From Eledone cirrhosa (taxonomy: Eukaryota): a stretch of DNA of 64,000 nt. Positions within the stretch are counted from its first letter, which is position 1. The number at the start of each line of letters is the position of its first letter. The notes beneath the pieces are model-generated. The model made no database searches and had not been told where the DNA came from. It saw only the letters and a list, made by a program, of their open reading frames with translations. Shown here piece by piece: positions 1 to 12,230 of the stretch. Position numbers and translations under genes: made by a program. Location: NCBI GenBank assembly GCA_964016885.1, contig OZ024745.1, positions 83,390,001 to 83,454,000 on the forward strand. Reading direction: 5' to 3'.

Positions 1-741
1 AAACAAATAAATAAGCTGAGGATATAGAATACGTTCAATCGGAAGTCTTGCAATTGAAAAACCAACCTTTTGTGTACTATGCCCAACCTCAACATCTAAA
101 AATTGTTATCCCCACTTCCAACTTTCATAAGAAAACAGCGATGATCAACTGTAAAATGTAAACAAATTGGCTTATAGGGGGTGCCAGATGCACAATAACA
201 TGTGTGGCGGAGGTGAGACAGGTTTTTCAGACAGTAATGTGTACCAAAGTTGCCTTAGTGTAAAAGTAATTTGGTAAAAACCTAAAATGTGTTTCTCATT
301 AACATCATTTTCAAATTTCCCCTTTATATATTCAAATGCACCCTCCCCCCCATCGTGGGGTGTGAGTCCAACGTTCGGAATCACTGAAATGTAGGATATA
401 TCAGTAACAACTAGTTATGATATACTCACTTATCTTTCAAATCGAATTAGACTCAAAAATATTAAAAAAACTAAGTAAACTCTATAAGAAAATTCTGCTA
501 TTACTTCAGAGGATGATAAACTCATACTGAAATACGCTGCTCACCTTCGGTGCCACATTCTAACTATAACCGAAATATGACAACCACAGTAAAACAAACT
601 AGAATGAGACTATGATATAAAGCTCAACATAAATCAAAATATAACAATATCATGAAAGATGTCAATGAACTTTCAGATTTAATTCAAGGTGAATCTAATA
701 AAAATTGAAAGAAATCTAACAATAGATATTAACACAAAATA

Positions 742-950
742 GGCGGTGAATTAGCAGAGCCGTTAAAATGTCGTAAAATTGCCATATTCATTCCGGAACT
801 GCACTCTGACTTCAAATCCCGCCGAGATCAACTTTGTCGTTTATCCTTTTGAGATCGATAAAAAGTCTCCGTCTAGTACTAGGGTTGATTCTTCTAGATC
901 TTTTTTGTCTTTCTCTTCAAAAATCGGCTGTGTTCAGACATGGAGAGAAA
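742..950 (+). mobile_element. Diverged tRNA-derived SINE (family 1, older copy)
   Basis: Starts GGCGGTGAATTAGCAG and contains CTTCAAATCCCGCCGAGATCAACTTTGTCGTTTATCCTTTTGAGATCGATAAAA, matching the younger copies (e.g. 26354-26538). Confidence 0.7.
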
Positions 951-1759
951 CGCCGCATATCATTAAGATATACGCCAGGAGTTACGGGTTCACACATACA
1001 TACAAAGTAACGTATATCTGGTCATGGTAAAAGAAGGATATATTGGAAATATTCTTAATACACTCTACGAAAAAAAACAAGTTAATACAAATTCAGAAAG
1101 GTAATACTACCCAACTAGTAGTTAGAATAAATAAATAAGTAACGGAAATAAATGAAAGAACAGCAATTGCTTATTTACTCCACCGTTTGGTGAATGTCCC
1201 CCGCCGGATATATGCGAACAGTAAAACAACACATACAAATAAATCTATGTACATATTTGTGGGCGTCTGAGCGTGTATGCATGTACATATGTATGTAAAT
1301 GTATTTTTGTATATGTTTGTATAGATCAGCTTTAAAAAATACTAATCATACCACAATTCAATATGTATTGTACATATTAATACGTACAATTTATATATTA
1401 TCTTATAATTTGAATAATTTATATCACAGTCGAGCTTATCTGGTTCGGTTTTCACCCAGAATTTCGTCAACAACAAATACTATTGTTATTACTTGTAGAT
1501 GTAAACAAGTATTATAGCAGATTTTATTACAACTAAGCAAAAGAAAAAATTAATATGTTATGTAAATTCTAAACGTGTATGTTATTCCAGAGAAAATTGT
1601 AAATGCCATTAATATTCTCTATACGAACACAATAGCCCATGGACTCCCGCTTCATATTGACACATAAGTTTAATGAATTCTTGCAGGTGCGCTCCGCCTA
1701 GATACTTTCTCATTCTACTATCTCCTATTAGCATTCGACTCTGATATGAGAATTGTCAC

Positions 1760-1860
1760 AGATGCAGCGTGCACGGAAAATTTGGTCAAATTCGGTTGGG
1801 AATTGTAAAAGCCTTAGGTGTCCAAAGTTGTCCACAGACACACACACACACATCCTCGCT

Positions 1861-1870
<10 letters not shown>
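1760..1870 (-). mobile_element. Non-autonomous Helitron-like 5' end fragment
   Basis: AAATTTGGTCAAATTCGGTTGGG...CACACACACATCCTCGCTTATATATATA resembles 44470-44561, the 5' end of the Helitron-like element. Confidence 0.5.

Positions 1871-1945
<75 letters not shown>
1860..1945. repeat. (TA)n microsatellite
   Basis: Directly visible. Further (TA)n tracts lie at ~3753, 4349, 28093, 31252, 32238, 32432, 37141, 37747, 38362, 39051, 40380-40830, 41789-42010, 42868 and 43192-43285. Confidence 0.98.
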
Positions 1946-1946
<1 letters not shown>

Positions 1947-1948
<2 letters not shown>

Positions 1949-2046
1949 TATTATTCTTTTGACAATGATAACAAAGGCAAGTTATTTTACATATGAGATA
2001 TGTAAAATAACTTGCCTTTGTTATCATTGTTAAAAAAAGTAATATG
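1947..2046. repeat. Near-perfect ~48-bp-arm palindrome
   Basis: Arm 1947-1994 (..GACAATGATAACAAAGGCAAGTTATTTTACATAT), loop GAG 1995-1997, reverse-complement arm 1998-2046. Confidence 0.95.
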
Positions 2047-2180
2047 TAACATATCAGACACTGTATCAAAAAGATTAACTCATCGAAATACAAACCTATG
2101 ATTTCGTACTAACTACGGTACAGACCTTAACGAGAAAAGTAGACCACATTGAATACATATATATATATATATATATAAAG

Positions 2181-2458
2181 AAAAAAGATGAAATCGAAAA
2201 TGCAACTGGAGGCTTTTTTTTTTAAATATATATATTTATTTGGTTCCTTTACTGGTTTCGCAGTTCTTCTGCTTTTCAAAAGTAGAGTTGAGATTGAGGG
2301 TCTGTGTTTTTTCTCACATCTGGTTGGTCTTTTAATGTTACTTGTTTTATATGGAAAAAGTGGCTCGAAATGCCAGGTTTTTAGAGAAGTAATTTGATTG
2401 GTTGGTGAATAAGTATAATAAATTTCGCGCCAGTTTGCGTTACAAAGTTCTTCAAACA
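2181..2458 (-). repeat. Left arm of a ~280-bp inverted repeat (Penelope pseudo-LTR-like) with a decayed hammerhead-like motif
   Basis: Reverse complement of 3951-4230 with scattered mismatches. The minus strand at 2247-2283 reads CTT-TTGAAAA-GCAG AAGAA CTGC-GAAA-CCAG-TA-AAG. Confidence 0.9.
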
Positions 2459-2477
2459 GTCATAATTTCAATTATCA

Positions 2478-3752
2478 GGCATCAGCAGCCCCAGATTCTC
2501 ACGAGCCGACTGGGCTTGATTGACGGCCACCCAGCTCTCTTTCTGCTGAGGAACTGCTTCGACATGCCCAAGCTCCTCTATACACTCCGCATCGCTCCAT
2601 GCTACACCCAGACATCTCTCCTCGCTGACCTCGATACTTGAATCCGAGCAGCAGCCGAGGGAATATGCAACGTCAAGTTTGACGACATAGGGTGTCAACA
2701 GGCCACTTTACCTGTCAGGTATGGCGGCCTTGGCCTCCGGTTCCCGATCTCACTAGCTTTGCCGGCGTATCTTTCGTTGGTAACCTCGTACGGCGTCCTC
2801 GTCAGCAGAGTTCTTCGAAACACAACAGAACCCTCTGTGTTCAGAGAATATGAGGCCGCCTGTGAGACGTGGGACCGGCTGGGACTTAGCCCAGTAGACA
2901 TCCCACCTCCTTCTCCCCCTACGCACTTGGGATGACATCCAGTGCAGCCTGGCCTCAGACAGGCTCAGGCGCGAGCTCGACCAGCAGCGGCTTGCTCTTT
3001 TCGTGCGGCCTCAAAACCCCACAGTGGTGCCTGGCTCTATCCCCTTCCCCCCTTCTCCACTGGCACGCAGCTAGACAACCATAGCCTGCGAATCGGCGTT
3101 TCCCTGAGGCTCGGCCTCCGGATCTGCCAGCCACACCAATGTCGCTGCGGTTCCACCGTGGACTCTTCAGCCTCCACCCGCTTTCCTGTCGCTACAGTGC
3201 CGGCCACATTCCACGCCATGCTGCCCTCAACGAGGTCATTAAGCATGGCTTGGACGCTGCAGGCTTCCCGTCCCGACTCGAGCCGGTGGGGATGGATCGA
3301 GGGGACGGCAAAAGGCCAGATGGCATGACCATATTCCCATTCCGCGGTGGCAAACCCCTCGCCTGGGATGCCACTTGCACCGACACTTTCTGCAGCCGCA
3401 ACCTGTTGCAGTCTGCGAATGACCCAGGTTCTGCTGCACGTCAGGCTGAGGTGGCCAAACTCCTCAATTACCGGTTGCTCTCCGACAGGTTTGCGTTCGT
3501 ACCCCTGGCAGTGGAGACTTCTGGTTTCCTCGGCCCCAGGGTTACCTCCTTACTCACCACCATAGGCACTGAGCTAGCCATCCGCAAGTGCGAGCCCCGC
3601 GAGTTGGAGTGGCTTTTCCAGAGCGTCTCTCTTGCCGTCCTCCGGCGAAACACCTTCTCCATTCTGCCCGCCGGAGCTGTGGGTGGGCCCCATCGCGTAC
3701 TGTTGTAGTTGTTGTATACAGATATTAATTCATCAATCCCATTGTCCTAATA
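2478..3752 (+). mobile_element. 5'-truncated, frameshifted CRE-clade non-LTR retrotransposon (RT thumb region plus CCHC/PD-D REL endonuclease)
   Basis: ORF pieces HPALFLLRNCFDMPKLLYTLR, SGAWLYPLP..LRIGVSLRLGLRICQPHQCRCG, and HPLSC..RHAALNE..KRPDGMTIFPF..LAWDATCTDT..FVPLAVETSG. Ends at a (TA)n tract. Confidence 0.88.
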
Positions 3753-3950
3753 ATATATATATATATATATATTAACATTTTTTAACTAAACCAAGCAAAT
3801 AACATTTTTTAAAAAAGCCTTCGTGAGCCACTTTTTTTAAGTAAAAAGAAATTCAAACAAACTGGCGCGAAAGCTGATGTGCTTATTCACGTGACTGCAT
3901 CAACCAACCAAACTTCACTCATGTATGAAAAAACAACCTGAGCTCCTCCT

Positions 3951-4230
3951 TGTTTGAAGAACTTTGTAACGCGAACTGGCGCGAAATGTATTATACTTAT
4001 TCACCAACCAATCAAGTTACTTCTCTAAAAATCTGGCATTTCGAGCCACTTTTTTCCATATAAAACAAGTAACATGCAAAGACCAACCAGATGTGAGAAA
4101 AACCACAGACCCTCCATCACAACTCTACTTATGAAATGCAGAAGAACTGCGAAACCGATAAAGGAACCAAATAAATATATATATTTAAAAAAAAAAAGAC
4201 ACCAGTTGCATTTTCGATTTCATCTTTTTT
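3951..4230 (+). repeat. Right arm of the ~280-bp inverted repeat
   Basis: Reverse complement of 2181-2458. Confidence 0.9.
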
Positions 4231-4277
4231 GCCTTATACTTTTACTCGTGTAAAATAAACCTCACTTTCTAATATAT

Positions 4278-4350
4278 AGTTTCAGAAGATCCTGTTAAGG
4301 GTGAAAGCAACGATTCTATGCTTAAACTTTAATCTGTTATTTTAATAAAT
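4278..4350 (+). ncRNA. Variant hammerhead (CAGAAGA core) in a solo 3' fragment of the Penelope pLTR family seen at 33935-36043
   Basis: AGTTT-CAGAAGA-TCCT GTTAA GGGT-GAAA-GCA ACGATTCTA TGC-TT-AAACT, then AATAAA and (TA)n. Near-identical to 35961-36043. Confidence 0.65.
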
Positions 4351-4459
4351 ATATATATATATATATATATATAGTCGTGAAAAACAAAAAACAAAAACAA
4401 TAACAAAGAGTGCAGTATGAACACTGTTGATATAAGGTTCACACTTGAGAGTGAAGGGT

Positions 4460-4500
4460 GGGGGACGACGTGTCGGGCATAAGCCTTTCATCAGGAGAAA
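4460..4500 (-). ncRNA. Degenerate minimal hammerhead motif
   Basis: Minus strand CTGATGA-AAGGC TTAT GCCC-GACA-CG-TC. GAAA is mutated to GACA and stem I is poor. Confidence 0.4.
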
Positions 4501-4964
4501 CGTGGGAAGGAAAAGTGTTCCGAGGGTGCGAGGGGAGTGGTGGAAAGACATGTACATGTGCACATTAATGCATGTATTGAGTAATCCCTATCTCGTTTGC
4601 GCCTACAAACTTAATTTTAGGCCAAATCGACTTGGCAGTATACATTAAGCTTAAACTTTGAATTATAACTTCGCATGTATACCTTCACCCTAGATTCGGC
4701 CTACTCATTCGATATGCCCAAATTTATTTAGCATGTTTCGTCCCCTGCGGTAGCAATTTGTTCACCTCACTTCAAGTCATTTGCCGCTGTACATATATAT
4801 ATGCATATATATATATACACACATATATATATATATTAATTGCAACATGAATGTTAATGGCGGCCTATTTATTAAATTATCCATATGGACTTATATTCAC
4901 CTAAATTCTCAACAATTCAGAACGATTTGGGGGATAAAAATTAACTGATCTAATATTGATTTTT

Positions 4965-5170
4965 ACTTTACGCACAAGGCCAAAAGTTGAGAGGGGCGGG
5001 GGGAGATAATAGATTGTTTTACATGAGTACATGACTGGTATCTTATTTTATCGATCCCGTAAGTATGAAAGGCGGAGCTAACCTCGAAAGGATTTGAACT
5101 CGGAACGTAAAGTGCCGTAACTAAATACTGCAAATCATTTTGTTCTATGATCTAATGGTTTTGCCAATAC
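4965..5170 (-). mobile_element. Diverged SINE family 1 copy
   Basis: GCACAAGGCC...TTTTATCGATCCCGTAAGTATGAAAGGC...GGATTTGAACTCGGAACGTAAAG matches the reverse complement of the family. Confidence 0.75.
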
Positions 5171-5216
5171 CAAATCCTATTAATCTCATATTGAAACATT
5201 ATTTGCTAATTCTAAG

Positions 5217-5341
5217 CCCTTGCCATTCTGAGTTCAAATCCCGCCGAGGTTAACTTTGCCTTTCATCCTTACGGGGTCGATAAAATAAAGTACCAGTAAT
5301 GTACTGGGTAATTTTCTGGCCTTGTGCCAATAGTAGAAACA
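5217..5341 (+). mobile_element. SINE family 1, 5'-truncated
   Basis: GAGTTCAAATCCC B-box-like motif, central TTTGCCTTTCATCCTTACGGGGTCGATAAAATAAAGTACCAG, TSD ATTATTTGCTAATTCTAAG at 5198-5216 and 5342-5360. Confidence 0.92.
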
Positions 5342-5360
5342 ATTATTTGCTAATTCTAAG

Positions 5361-5546
5361 GTTGGTGGATTGGCAGTATCGGTAGAGGGTCGGACGCCAT
5401 GCTTTACTATATAGTTACGTCCCTTTATGATCTGAGTTCAAAACCCGCCAAGGTTGACTTTGCCTTTCATCCTTACGGAGTCGATAAAATAAAGTACCAG
5501 TAATGCACTGGGGGAATTTGCTGGCCTTGTGCCTAAAGTAGAAACA
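5361..5546 (+). mobile_element. SINE family 1, full-length (tRNA-like head, Meta-SINE-like central domain)
   Basis: GGTGGATTGGCAGTATCGGTAGAG head, B-box-like motif, central domain. A third copy of the same TSD lies at 5547-5562. Confidence 0.92.
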
Positions 5547-5979
5547 ATTATTTGCTAATTCTGATTATCTATCAGTACGTTTACTATCTCGTTTACTATA
5601 ATTCAGCATAACATTCGCTTTCGTCCCATATATGAAATAATACCTAATCCATATGTATTGCATTAGACAGTAATAAAATCACTCGGGATAAACACACATA
5701 GTATTTCTAAACTAATTCTCAGCAAGATTATGATTAATGTTACAACACGAAGGGAAATCATTTTCTAATAGATTTCCTGTCTGTTTTATGCTGGTTTTCA
5801 CGGAATCCGTTTCTCTTCTTAGTGCTTGAGATAATTTTAGTTAGTTGAAAAAGGATATTTTTACTGCCATTTTTTACAAACATTAGATACGGTGATTGTA
5901 AGTGCGAATGAAACAAAACCTTCTCCCTATGAAGATGATAACGATCGTGATGACGATGACTATGATGATGATGATAATG

Positions 5980-6185
5980 ATTTCTAGTATAAGCACAAGG
6001 CTAGTAATTTGGGCGGAGAGGAAAGTCGATTAAATCGTACGTACTGGTGCTTTATTTTATCGACCCCGTAAGGATGAAAGGCAAAGTTGACCTCGGTGGG
6101 ATTTGAGCTCAGAACGTAAAGGACCATAACTCTATGCTGCAAAGCATGGTGTCTGACGCTCTGCCGATACTGCCAATCCACATCC
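5980..6185 (-). mobile_element. SINE family 1 (variant subfamily)
   Basis: Reverse complement of the family core TTTATTTTATCGACCCCGTAAGGATGAAAGGCAAAG. Confidence 0.88.
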
Positions 6186-6197
6186 CTAATAATAATA

Positions 6198-6332
6198 ATT
6201 GTTTCTACTATTTGCACAAGTCCAGCAATTATCCAGTACATTACTGGTACTTTATTTTATCGACCCCGTAAGGATGAAAGGCAAAGTTAACCTCGGCGGG
6301 ATTTGAACTCAGAATGGCAAGGGCCGTAACTC
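6198..6332 (-). mobile_element. SINE family 1, 5'-truncated, inside an (AAT)n tract
   Basis: Family core present, with (AAT)n on both sides (6188-6199 and 6334-6352). Confidence 0.9.
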
Positions 6333-7007
6333 TAATAATAATAATAATAATGATTAAGGCCAAACAACAATTACAAGGCAAATGAACAGGGACAGTTGAG
6401 ATTTCTATAAACCGTGTAAACAAAATATTTATTAACACAATAAATTAATAACAACAGAATTCCCTCACTCAGGGGCAGTAGCAGTAGAGGTAATTTAGGA
6501 AAAACACAACTCTCTCCAAGTTGATATGATCGGGCCATAATCGAACACCAGTCAAAAAGCACCACCATTGCTACGGTTCACGATTAAGGCGATTAGCTTA
6601 CCGTCCGCAACAAAAGAAGGTCCTCCAAGCCTCGAGATCCAGGCCTTTCAGAAACTGCACTGTCACTCCCACCTTCCATTCATGACCCCTAAAAAATATA
6701 TAAATATCAAAGTCATCCAAAATTCTTGTTTCTTTGACGGCTGTTATATGTATAGCTAGTGACGTGGGCAAATGACCTTGCGGCCAGGATGAACATGGGG
6801 CATGTGTATTTATACACCTTACTTGTGTCATTGCCTTGCTGACCAGGAAGAGGGAGAAGAAAAACACAGATGAGCTATTTACTCTCCTAGTGCTGTTGGA
6901 GATCAGATGGTTCGCTCTCTATATCTATTTGGAGTTACTTTGAGAAAACCTTTAAGATGTTACTGGTGACACTTATATTTGGTGTCCCAGTGTCTTGTTA
7001 GTGGAGA

Positions 7008-7115
7008 CTCGTGGTCTAGTGGGTAAGGGTGTTGAACACACAATCATAATATTGAGGGTTCGATTCCTGGGATGGGTTGGATGTTGTGTTCTTGAGCAAA
7101 ACTCTTCATTTCACT
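7008..7115 (+). mobile_element. tRNA-derived SINE family 2 head fragment
   Basis: GTGGTCTAGTGGGTAAGG (A-box-like), GGTTCGATTCC (B box), then TTCTTGAGCAAAACTCTTCATTTCA, shared with 13080-13140 and 13500-13550. Confidence 0.65.
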
Positions 7116-7934
7116 ACTGTCTTGGGAGACCTCTGTTTTTTATTGATGAGTTTTTATTCGTTTGTTTTTCTTGTTGACGATGTTTGTGGTCGTGCAACTG
7201 TTACTGCTGTTCTTGGTGATTTTGTTGTTTTGAGTGTTGGTGGTGCTGTTGTGACCTATACTGTTGATGGTATTAGTGTTTCTGTTGTTGACGTTATTGC
7301 TGCTGCAGGTGTGGCAAACTGTTGTTATTGTGGCGGTCACTATGATTCCTTCTGACTGTTTAGAGGATATATACTCCATCTGATGAAGACTCAACTAAGT
7401 TCGAAAATCAAATAACAGTATTTATCATTATTCAATTTACAGGAAATTCGTATTACTGGCAAGTTTACATGTCTTTGTATTACAAATATGTATATTTATA
7501 GTTTTAGTTACCCTCGTATATATACATATATAACTTTATCGTACACTTCTGTTTCTTGGCGCACCTCTTAATATATATCTTCATTAACTACCAACACGAG
7601 TGCTAATAACTTGCAAATTAGTACGTATACTTCAAAGTACTACTATGGGCAACGAATGGGTGTATAAACTTGTCAAATACTTGTTTCTGTGTAGTTGTTT
7701 AGACGATATACACATATTCCGATGGAAATCCAACTCTAAAAGTCGAATAAAGATGTTTATCGTTCTTTTCAGTTTACAGGAGGGGATATTTAGTCACCTG
7801 GCTGAGTGATTGCAACGTAGTGAACTCCGCTAAAATCATTGGATTACTTGCGTTCATTATTTTTCTTGATTTTCTGTCTAGACAATACTTTGGTTGGCTT
7901 CCAGCTATGGATATTAAAACCATATTTCGTGAAT

Positions 7935-8113
7935 TGGCAATATCGGTAGAGAGTCGGACGCCATGCTTTCCAGCATAGTTACGTCCCTCTACGGTCTGAG
8001 TTCAAATCCCGCCGAGGTTCACTTTGCCTTTCATCCTTGCGGGGTCGATAAAATAAAGTACCAGTAATGCACTGGGTAATTTCTGGCCTTGTGCCAAATG
8101 TAGAAACAATTAT
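7935..8113 (+). mobile_element. SINE family 1
   Basis: Near full-length match to the family, ending GTAGAAACAATTATT. Confidence 0.92.
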
Positions 8114-9432
8114 TTGAAAAGCTTGACTATTGATTCACATTACCTTATTTCTCTTATTTGTATGTAGGTACACCTCTAATGACCATTTCTAACATTGTCT
8201 CTGATATTTCCGTCTTGCACACTGTCTCGTTCATTGATTTGTAAATATTTGTTTGTAAGTCCGAGTTTAATCTACTTTTCTTTCTCCTAGAGGAGTCAAT
8301 GAAGATACTTTTCAATTTTGGCAATCTTAATATCTTAAAACTCGGAATCATTGTCAATTGTATTTGCTTGGCCTAACTTGGAGTATTATTCTCAATTGTA
8401 TGTGCTTGGCCTTACGACCCCATCATCACGATGCGTGCACTAATTATTCTTTAGAGCATTCCTCTCATTTACAAACATTCAAACAAATCATTCTAGTTCC
8501 CTCCCTATTTATGCTTTTCCTGTATGAATCTACCAGCAAATACTAAAGCTAATACTGAGTTGTATCTATCTCACATCTCTGAAGGAGCATGCAAATGATA
8601 TCAACCTACAAAAGAGGAGGAAATATTTATCTGAGTACATAAGTATTTCTATTAGAACATAACGCCTGTTAGAAGATTTAAGATAAGTTTAATGTAGAAG
8701 TAAATGCAGTATTTGAATTATAGTCCAACTGGTAAAGGAATTAAGCCTAACACTTTCTATTCCTCCTCTGTACAGAGAAAAATCTACGTTATATCTACAT
8801 TAAATTTACATGATATCTCCCAACACACGCTGTATTCTAGCATAAATATTTCTTATTTAATCAATAATGTTGCCAAAAGCCTGCACATCGTACTAATTAG
8901 ATTGACCATCCCATATATATTCCACATCTTGTGTAACATATATAGCAGTGCTATAAAAACCTTCTTTGTCATGGGTGTGGCTAATTCTGTTAAAGGAACA
9001 ATGTATTTTGAACTGCATAAAGGTAATATCTCACATTGTTCTGCATACAGGGCGAAACATGAAAAGTGTTTACACTTCCTTTATTTCACAGCGTTTGTAT
9101 TTAATTGTATTTAATTATCTACATTACCAAACCTGTGCACGCTATCAACATTACACTAGTCATTTGAGCTATATACTACATATATATCTGCCTGACAGAT
9201 AGAGATGCTGTGGATGGGTTCGTCTGTAAACAGAACCGTAAGATTAGATATCGTCTGGTAAAGATACAATAAACCTTGACACGTAGCAAGGTGAACTCGT
9301 ATGCTTTTCCCGTGTGTATTGGAGATGTTGAAATAATTGATATTTCATTTCTTACACAGTGAAACTTCCAATTTAAAGCCTGCGGGTATATCTACAATAA
9401 AATCGCCTTATAGTTTCAAATAATTTAAATAG

Positions 9433-9516
9433 TATTGGGTTGTAACATAAATTCCCGCTGTTGTTATAAAACTTCACAATAAAAAACGGCGGGAATTTAT
9501 GTTACAATCCAACATA
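9433..9516. mobile_element. Tiny mariner-like MITE
   Basis: TIRs TATTGGGTTGTAACATAAATTCCCGC and GCGGGAATTTATGTTACAATCCAACATA, ~30-bp spacer, TA at the ends. Confidence 0.7.
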
Positions 9517-11914
9517 ATCATTCATTTATTTCAATTAATTTTGTTTTCATATACGTTATCTGAGGAAGGGATATTATGATTGCAATGTTAAAGATTACAC
9601 ACATAAGCAGCAAATATACATATATACAGAAAATATATATAAATCAACAAATTACATGTAATATTATACAAAGCATCGTTAGACTAAATGGTCAGGGTTG
9701 CATCGCGTATTCTTTGCTATTCTGTAAAAGATATCATATTTCAGTTGCAGTTCAGTTGGAAACCTTTTATTACATCTTTATATAATATACACTGCATTGA
9801 AAGTTTTCTATATAGTTTCAGATAAGTGTGTTTGCTAATACTTTGTGTTTTAGTAGCGTTAATATCTATTTGCTATGCGCTTGTTTATAGATACTTTCGA
9901 GAAATTTTAAATAACTTCCATGTTTTCCTAGTATAAAGTATTTAGTTTCAGCATTACGTGTTGTAATATTACTGCACACTCTTGGCCATTGATGATATTT
10001 TTTCCTCCAGTTCAGAAGTTAGAGAACTGATGTATGATCAACTACCGTGGAGTAGTGACGAAGCACTTTTGATATGCAGATGGTAGGTTATCATTTGAAG
10101 GAGATTCAGAGGCTATTTCTAGCAAATCAAACAATCATGTTTCTTAGTTGTTCATCTTTCTATCGATCTGTTTTCCACCTCTTCACAAGTCTTGCTACAT
10201 CTAAATCATCGTTGTTTTCAGTGATATCCCTACCGAAATATATTTGCTCTGTTTATTACATTATTTCTATATTGAAGAAATATAGCTAATTTCTATGGTT
10301 ACATTCTTCACATACTGAGTTGCATACTCCTTTCATACTTTAGCAAATATATTTCTTTTGTTTATTTGAAGTAGCATCCGAGGCAAAATACTCGGAATAT
10401 AGTCGTATTGTTAGTGCGTTTCCAATCTATTTTGTGAATATCAAATATACACTGTTATGCAAAATATTTCAGTATTTAATTCTTTGAGGATTCGTTGTTT
10501 TGTATTTTACATTGTTTTGGAAGATTATGCTTTATACTTTACTTGACTTTCAAAATCCTTTGAGATTTCTTCACCATCTGTTCAAATTTCATCGTTTATT
10601 TCTTTTAACGCAAATTTGTTTTCTTTCTCTCTTTTATTATAGGGCTACCGTATACAATATGCTACTTTCAAACTCGTGTTTGATTTAATTTGTGAAATTT
10701 CTTTAGATTCTGCTTGGCTTCCTAGATGTTATTGCAGTTTCATTATAGGTTTTTGAAAGCGTTAATATTTCCTAGACTACTGCATGCGATTTTGTTTATA
10801 AGTATGCTGTTTACCACGATCTGTCCATTTAGATATTACTGAGATTGGTTTTGAATTTACATCAGAATGACAATGACTTATTTGAAATATGTAACTAACA
10901 ACCTATTTCTGGAATCATACATCTTTTTAATCAACGTCTTTTAATAAAGCTTGTCTTAACTATCTAGAAGGAATGAAACGAATAGTTGGTTTCGGCACCT
11001 TTGCAACTCGCGAGCTTAATAACTAAAAGTTGTTAAAATACGGCTTGATGCTGTCACAATACTTTACATCACGCTTAAAATAAAATGTTATATCATATAT
11101 CTCTGAGAATAGTATATAATCACCATATCAAATCATTCTTAATATAAATGGAAGTGAAATTAGTGTTGTAAGTTGATCACTGAAGTAATGTCAGACACAG
11201 GAATTAAGGTCAGGCTTTGTCAAATGTCCAACTATATAATGAAAAGATTTAGCTATTTCGATGTAGATGATATGGCTGAATCATCTTCTAGATGGACTCG
11301 TAAATTTTCAGCCATTGAAATGATTGAGATTAAAATAGTAATCTAAACTCTGAGATAAAGCTCTTTTCAATGCGTAATTCGTCAGATTGCAATTTATGGT
11401 ATCTCTTCAAACATGTCAAATCATAAGTCCATAAAGAAAATTAAATGACTTACGATGTAGAAAGTGCAGTGGATCAACAATAAGAGGTTGGTATGCTGTT
11501 CCCCGTAGACTGTTGAAACAACACTATTGGTAGAATCATTAAAATGTTGATTACATGCCAGAGTAATCGTTTCGTTTTTCTGCATTCTGAGTTTAAATTC
11601 CACCGAGATCAACTTAGCGTCTTTATCTTTTCCGTCGTCGTTATCAGGTAGCCAATGTGTGAGATGATGCACTACATTCTCGTCACATCTGTATTTTTCG
11701 CGATACTACTAAGTAAGAACCCCAGTTATTGAATAATATGATAACTGAAGATGAGACTCAAGAGTCCTGGTACGACTTGCAAGCCAAATCATAATCATCA
11801 CAACGGAAGCAGCCAACATTGCGAAATGAAGGTGATGCTGCCTGTTTTCTCCGATTACTGAGGTGTTGTCCATCACGAATAAGCAACAACATGACAAACG
11901 ATTCCGAAGTAGTG

Positions 11915-12230
11915 TTACCAAGAAGAGACCGGATCTGTGAACTTCGCAGAATTGGCAGTTGAATTATGACAACGCCCCGGTTCATTCGGCGAATTTGATC
12001 CAAGGCGTCTTGGCAAAGAAGGCTTTTTGCCCACTCGTCAAGCTTCTCACTCTTCAGATTTAGTTCTTTCTGACTTCTGGCTGTTTCCCAAAATCAGGAT
12101 GGCACGCAAAGTCATTCTCTTTGAGATTTGAGATAACGTGATACGGTCTGCTACGGTGGAGCAGTTTCCGTAAGAAACATTACAGATAAGTTTCCAAGAG
12201 CGGAAGGATCGTCAGGTTAAGTAGGCACAA
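11915..12230 (+). pseudogene. Decayed mariner transposase C-terminal fragment
   Basis: Translates as KKRPDL..NWQLNYDNAPVHSA and SSDLVLSDFWLFPKIR, matching the mariner HDNAxxH and YSPDLAPxD motifs. Confidence 0.65.

Noticed and set aside
1753-2093. ORFs rich in YIYIYI (also at 32208, 37559, 38823, 40282-42191 and 45485-45800)
   Set aside because: These are translations of (TA)n/(CA)n microsatellites.
7370-7420. CTGATGA..GAAA hammerhead-like motif
   Set aside because: A weak stem II is possible, but I could not form stem I or stem III with a UH site.
8154-11000. Host gene exons in the AT-rich ORFs
   Set aside because: No recognisable domains or convincing splice structure. Probably old decayed LINE sequence, though small exons cannot be excluded without RNA-seq.
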